Assembly: GCA_044892525.1 (NCBI GenBank)
Contig: CM097888.1
Span: 47,058,001 to 47,122,000, forward strand
DNA: 64,000 bases
Direction: 5' to 3'
Origin: Schmidtea polychroa
Taxonomy: Eukaryota
In this document: positions 59,854 through 64,000 of the stretch, one piece after another
Numbering within the stretch: position 1 is the first letter of the stretch
Layout: each line of letters starts with the position of its first letter
Translations under genes and position numbers: made by a program
Notes under the pieces: model-generated
Seen by the model: only the letters and a program-made list of their open reading frames with translations
Told to the model about the DNA's origin: nothing
The model's database searches: none

Positions 59854-60345
59854 CAGGACGCGACTCGTTTGTATTTTTACTATTTATTATTATTTTTATG
59901 TTTTTATCATCGTATATTAAATTTTTTAATGGCTTGGCTTATTCTTATTATTATTTTATTTATTTTTTCTTATTTTTATTATTTCTCTTCTATTTTCCTG
60001 CGGGCTCATTGTTACTTTATTGTAATATTATTTTTTGTTTTAATTAGACTTAAAATGGTTTTTATTTTTTATTTATTTCTTAAATTTCTCGTTTATTTGT
60101 TGTCACTTTTTTACTTATTCTATTTCTATTTTATCCGTTGTGTGTTTTAACTCGTTTTATTTCTAAATCTTAAGGGATTTATTGGGTTTTATTCAGTTTG
60201 TTTTACCTATTCTTATTCTCTTATTGATTTTTTATCGTTCCTTTCTATTTACTAGTGAGATTTTTTATATTTTTATCTTATTTATTTTTCGAGGTTTACT
60301 TTTCTATTCGCTCCAGTTTTCTCCACTCTGAAATTTAGCCCAACA

Positions 60346-60851
60346 GTTCTTTTTTGATCGATCTTTCTCTTAGCACAGATCTCGCAACATCGTAAACAGA
60401 GATGGATTGTTTCTTGTATTTTCGGCCAATAAAATATTTTTTCCATATAATGAAATAATTTCTTAACTCCAATGTGACATAGTTCTTCATGTAGGGTTGT
60501 TGTTAACAGGCCTGCAAATGTTTCTGGGACTAACATTAAGATATTTTTGTTCTTTTCTACTGTTATTAATCCCCCATCAATTCGTGTATTTTTTATGTTA
60601 AAAGGAAAACAATTCTTTTTCTTCCGTGTACATCCATTTTTCCAATTTACAAAGTTTGTAAATCCCAGATCGAATTTCAATGCGATAAAAATTCCGCCGT
60701 ATTCGCTGATCATTCCTTCAATATCTTTATTATTCTCACCTGCCATCGACTTTAGTGCTTTGTTTATTCTTTCTTCATCAGTATGGATTTTGTTTATAAA
60801 TGACGTTTCTATATTATTGATCTTCACTAACTTAACTCTAAACTCTTTCAT
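60346..60851 (-). pseudogene. Pol deletion junction plus integrase HHCC domain of the small Gypsy element
   Basis: ...IFIALKFDLGFTN|FVNW...LHEELCHIG...YWP...CLRCCEICAKRK: the pre-RT linker runs straight into integrase. Confidence 0.8.
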
Positions 60852-60855
60852 TGTA

Positions 60856-61146
60856 TCAATGCTCCTTATGAATCCGGTCTTGATCTTTTACCACTACTAC
60901 TGTGACTATTTTGGTCTTCTGATTCCATGTGGCCGGTATAGTCATGTATCCCATTGCTTCTTCACCTCCAGTTGAAAAAACTCCGCATAATAATATCATA
61001 CTACGTTGAAGTTCTGGTTTGCCTATTTTCTTCCACGAAGTCTTGCTCATGACTGTTACTGATGCTCCAGAGTCCCATAACATCTCTATTTCGGCATTAT
61101 TCAACATTATTTTACTCCAATTTCTTCCATCTTTCGTCTGGTACAT
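60856..61146 (-). pseudogene. Retroviral-type aspartic protease of the small Gypsy element
   Basis: EMLWDSGASVTVMS active-site motif; frameshift near the C-terminus. Confidence 0.85.
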
Positions 61147-61340
61147 CTCTTCTTCTGGCTCGTCTCTTCGTCATTCATTTCTTCTTTCACAATTTATTGT
61201 CTTGACTCCACCGATGAAATGAAACCCATGGAGTCGCTGATGTTTTTTCCGTCTTCTCTCAATATAGAATATTTCTCAGGGACATTGTATCTATCTTCAT
61301 TGTCGCTGTGAGTAGTTCTGAAATCCTGGCTGTTCTCAGG

Positions 61341-62420
61341 TTAATCTCTTCTTTCAGATTTTGAATCTTCTTCTTCTATGCACGCTATTCTTTGATATCG
61401 GTGTGGAACATCTTTCCGTAACGAAAAACAATCTCGGAACCCGTGTCCTTCCTTGCCACATATTAGACATTTATTTCCCCGTGGACACTCATAACTTCTG
61501 TGTCCCCTTTCGCCACAGCAAAAACAATCACCTACCGTTGATTTTGGAACCGATGCATGTGATAGTCCTCTACTTTCATTGTACAGCCTCCTTGCTATAT
61601 TCTTCATGGATATTGTTGGCAGCTTCCTTTCTGAGCTATTCGGGATTCTAGCATTTTTCAAGAATTGTTCTCTTGGAGATTGTTCTCGACGACCATGGTT
61701 ATTTCCTTCGTATTGTATTGGTCCACGTATAGGATATTCGTCTCTTCTTGATCTGTGGTTACTAAATGACTCTTCTGACAGTCTTCTTTGCGGTGATGTA
61801 GGCATGGGATCTTGGGTATTCTTTTGAATTCTCATCTTCCCTCCCTCAGTCACGCTATCGTATGTTCTTTGACCGATTGCTTTAATACATTCCGTTTTAT
61901 TGTTTCCATTTTTGTTACTTTCAAAGATTTTCGCCAATGATCTCGTTTCTTCAATTTTTGTTTCTGGTTTCCTCAGTAGTATCTCCCGCAATCTTGCATC
62001 GCGTGCCTTATTTGCGATGAGGTCTTGAACAATATCTTCTTCTGATCGTCCTGAATTTACAACTTCAGCTAAAGCTTTCCTTAGCCGTATCTCAAAAGCT
62101 GCAAACTTTTCATCATCTTCCTGTTCCATAGCTACCAATTCTTTGATTTTGTCAGTTATTGATTTTGTAATTGTGAACGTATGTAAGAACCACGCTTTGG
62201 CTTTCACATCTGTTGTTTTTGTTTCTCTGACGTTTGCCCACAATGTCTTTGCTTCTGCCACTAATAACACATCAAAAATGCTTGTCAATCACTCTCCATT
62301 TGTCAGCAGCCATTCTTCTATATCCTTGATCCATTCTTCGGCTTCTTTTAAACCTCGTCCATCATATCGTCTGATGTTCAGTGTGAGCATGTCTTGGCAT
62401 GATTTCGGTAGGCATTCCAT
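61341..62420 (-). pseudogene. gag: gag with two CCHC zinc knuckles (one in-frame stop at 62289-62291)
   Basis: YDGRG..EAEEWIKDIEEW; CFCCGERGHRSYEC and CLICGKEGHGFRDC. Confidence 0.88.
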
Positions 62421-62467
62421 TAGCGACTTTGTCGATTTCGAAATGGCGTTGTTGTTTTGATTTTCGG

Positions 62468-62478
62468 CGTGGTCGCCA
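62468..62478 (-). promoter_or_regulatory. Primer-binding site TGGCGACCACG (probably tRNA-Arg(TCG))
   Basis: Directly follows the 5' LTR with a 1-nt overlap; tRNA identity is from my recollection of the Arg(TCG) 3' end and needs checking. Confidence 0.65.
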
Positions 62479-63042
62479 GTAAAATCCATCTTTAAATCCA
62501 TCTTTAAATCCATCTTTAAATTTCTCATCAAAAATCTTGAACCCAGCAATATATATTTAATCAAAGGATTTATAAATAAGTTTTTAATTTTTCACAAAAA
62601 TTAAAAAAAAACAAACAGATATCTAACTAAGAAATAAGATATAAAATTTGGCATTGAACACAAATGAAAAAATATTAATTAAATTTTTTAATTAGTTAGC
62701 ATACATGGTGAGTTTTGGAATAAAATTTAAGCTAGTACACCTAACCGCGAAATATAACATTATCTGTAATCTAAAAAAAAATCAATAAATATATATTATA
62801 GGAACACACAAACTTACCTGTGTGTAGAAATTTAATGCCGCGAAATTTAACATATTTATTATAGGAATCTAAAAAGTGAGAGAAAATAATTAAGCATACA
62901 AGCACAGCACACATAATGAAAAATACATACAAAATTAAGTAAACTGTTTTTCATGCGAAATTCAGATTGATTAACATATAATTAACATATCAATATTTTT
63001 AAATTAATTAAAAAATTATGTACAAAAAAACTTTTGAATCAG

Positions 63043-64000
63043 ATTCCGACTGCTCTACGTTGAGCTTTAGGGAAAAAAAGAAGATACATCGTAAGATTTA
63101 ATTATAAAATAATTTGGAATATAAAATTTCTTTAGATTTACAGATATTTCACAGGACACAGTGGCTTTTTGCGAAGTTGAAGATCTGACAATGTAAGATT
63201 TATTCATTAAAATATAAAATATTAAAATATTTTACAGTATAACAGATATTTCTTTGCGTGAAGGTACCATTTCAAATATTGAAGAAGGTCCTTCGACAAC
63301 TTCGAATTTGCAGAAAAAAAATCGCAAATCGTAAATTTTAATAAATTATTTTAACAAATTAATATTTTCAAAGAATTACAGAAATAGACAAAATTCGGCT
63401 TATTAATGCATTTGAAAATGGGGACAATTATAAAGAATTTGGAAGATTGCTCGGAATCCCCAAAAATTCAATTATTTCAATAATTTACAAATATAAGAAA
63501 TATGCCGAAATTACAAAAGGAAAAAGAAGTGGCAGAAAACAAATTATTTCAGAAGAACAGGGAAATAATTTGTTGGATTTTGTCGAAGCCAATTTTTATG
63601 CAACGTTAGAAGAAATGCGAATTTTCCTGTTACAACAAAATTGCTCGGCATCCACAACTGCTATTACAAGATTTCTAAAAAATCACTTAATAACGGTTAA
63701 AAAGGTAAGACCATGTGTGGAAGCAAGAAATTCAGATGGCGTACTTCAAATCCGAATGGAGTATGTCACACGCTTTCTCGAAGAAGTCTGGCGAGATAAA
63801 AATCTCGTTTATATTGATGAATGCGGCTTCAATACGTGGACTACACAAACCTATGGAAGGAAGAAAAAATGAGAAAGAATATACTCCATAGTTTCAAATA
63901 ATCGAGGAAAAAACATGTCATTTCTGTTAGCAATAGGTGTGAAAGGTGCAATTCATCACCAATTAATTGTAGGATCCTACAAAAAGGATACCTACCAAAA
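63043..64000 (+). pseudogene. Tc1/IS630-type transposase with a spliced 5' region; one in-frame stop at 63870-63872; runs off the window
   Basis: Exons 63043-63090, 63144-63192, 63238-63330, 63374 onward, joined in frame by 53/45/43-nt GT-AG introns; HTH LGIPKNSIISII...GRKQ; LVYIDECGFN; frame resumes after the TGA (RGKNMSFLLAIG). Confidence 0.8.

Larger units (their letters stand above)
56151..60345 (-). repeat. Solo LTR (4195 bp) of the giant retroelement family
   Basis: TGTTGG...CCAACA termini; 4-bp TSD GTTC (56147-56150 / 60346-60349); interrupts integrase just after the HHCC motif; homologous to 10037-14231. Confidence 0.95.
54442..62628 (-). mobile_element. Non-autonomous Ty3/Gypsy element (gag-PR-IN, RT/RNase H deleted) with about 151-bp LTRs, hosting two younger insertions
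   Basis: 5-bp TSD AAGAA (54437-54441 / 62629-62633); 5' LTR 62478-62628 (AGTTA...TTACT); 3' LTR 54442-55323 split by a MITE; PBS TGGCGACCACG; PPT AAGAAGGGGAG (55324-55334). About 3.26 kb once the inserts are removed. Confidence 0.9.

Noticed and set aside
59803-60975. Hydrophobic plus-strand ORFs (59803-60150, 60547-60975) that look like membrane proteins
   Set aside because: Antisense of the A-rich LTR U3 and of pol; compositional artefact.

Overview
AT-rich animal genomic DNA with seven N-gaps and many 43-55 nt GT-AG introns. A planarian flatworm is plausible, but that is inference. Contents: (1) 1-14231 (+) is the 3' part of a giant Ty3/Gypsy LTR retroelement. Its intact Pol (RNase H, integrase) runs in frame into two ankyrin modules and a membrane-anchored tail, followed by a cassette of intronless accessory ORFs that includes a full-length TRAF (RING, zinc fingers, coiled coil, MATH), then a 4195-bp 3' LTR (TGTTGG...CCAACA) that itself encodes a 254-aa protein. 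(2) A small two-exon host gene for a probable mitochondrial membrane protein (14576-15175). (3) A host SCAPER gene on the minus strand with about 25 exons (about 21.2-54.0 kb). Its introns hold a pogo transposon interrupted by a piggyBac-type MITE, other MITEs, decayed transposases, a decayed actin-like sequence and palindromes. (4) A nested insertion at 54442-62628: an RT-deleted Gypsy element carrying a hAT MITE in its 3' LTR and, in its integrase, a 4195-bp solo LTR of the giant family with an intact copy of the LTR ORF. (5) An intron-containing Tc1/IS630-type transposase at the right edge. Comparing the two diverged giant LTRs gives the best leads: the LTR ORF is under strong purifying selection, and both LTRs share a TATA / hairpin / short intron / direct-repeat architecture built from different primary sequences. 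All homology calls are from motif recognition by eye; no database searches were run.
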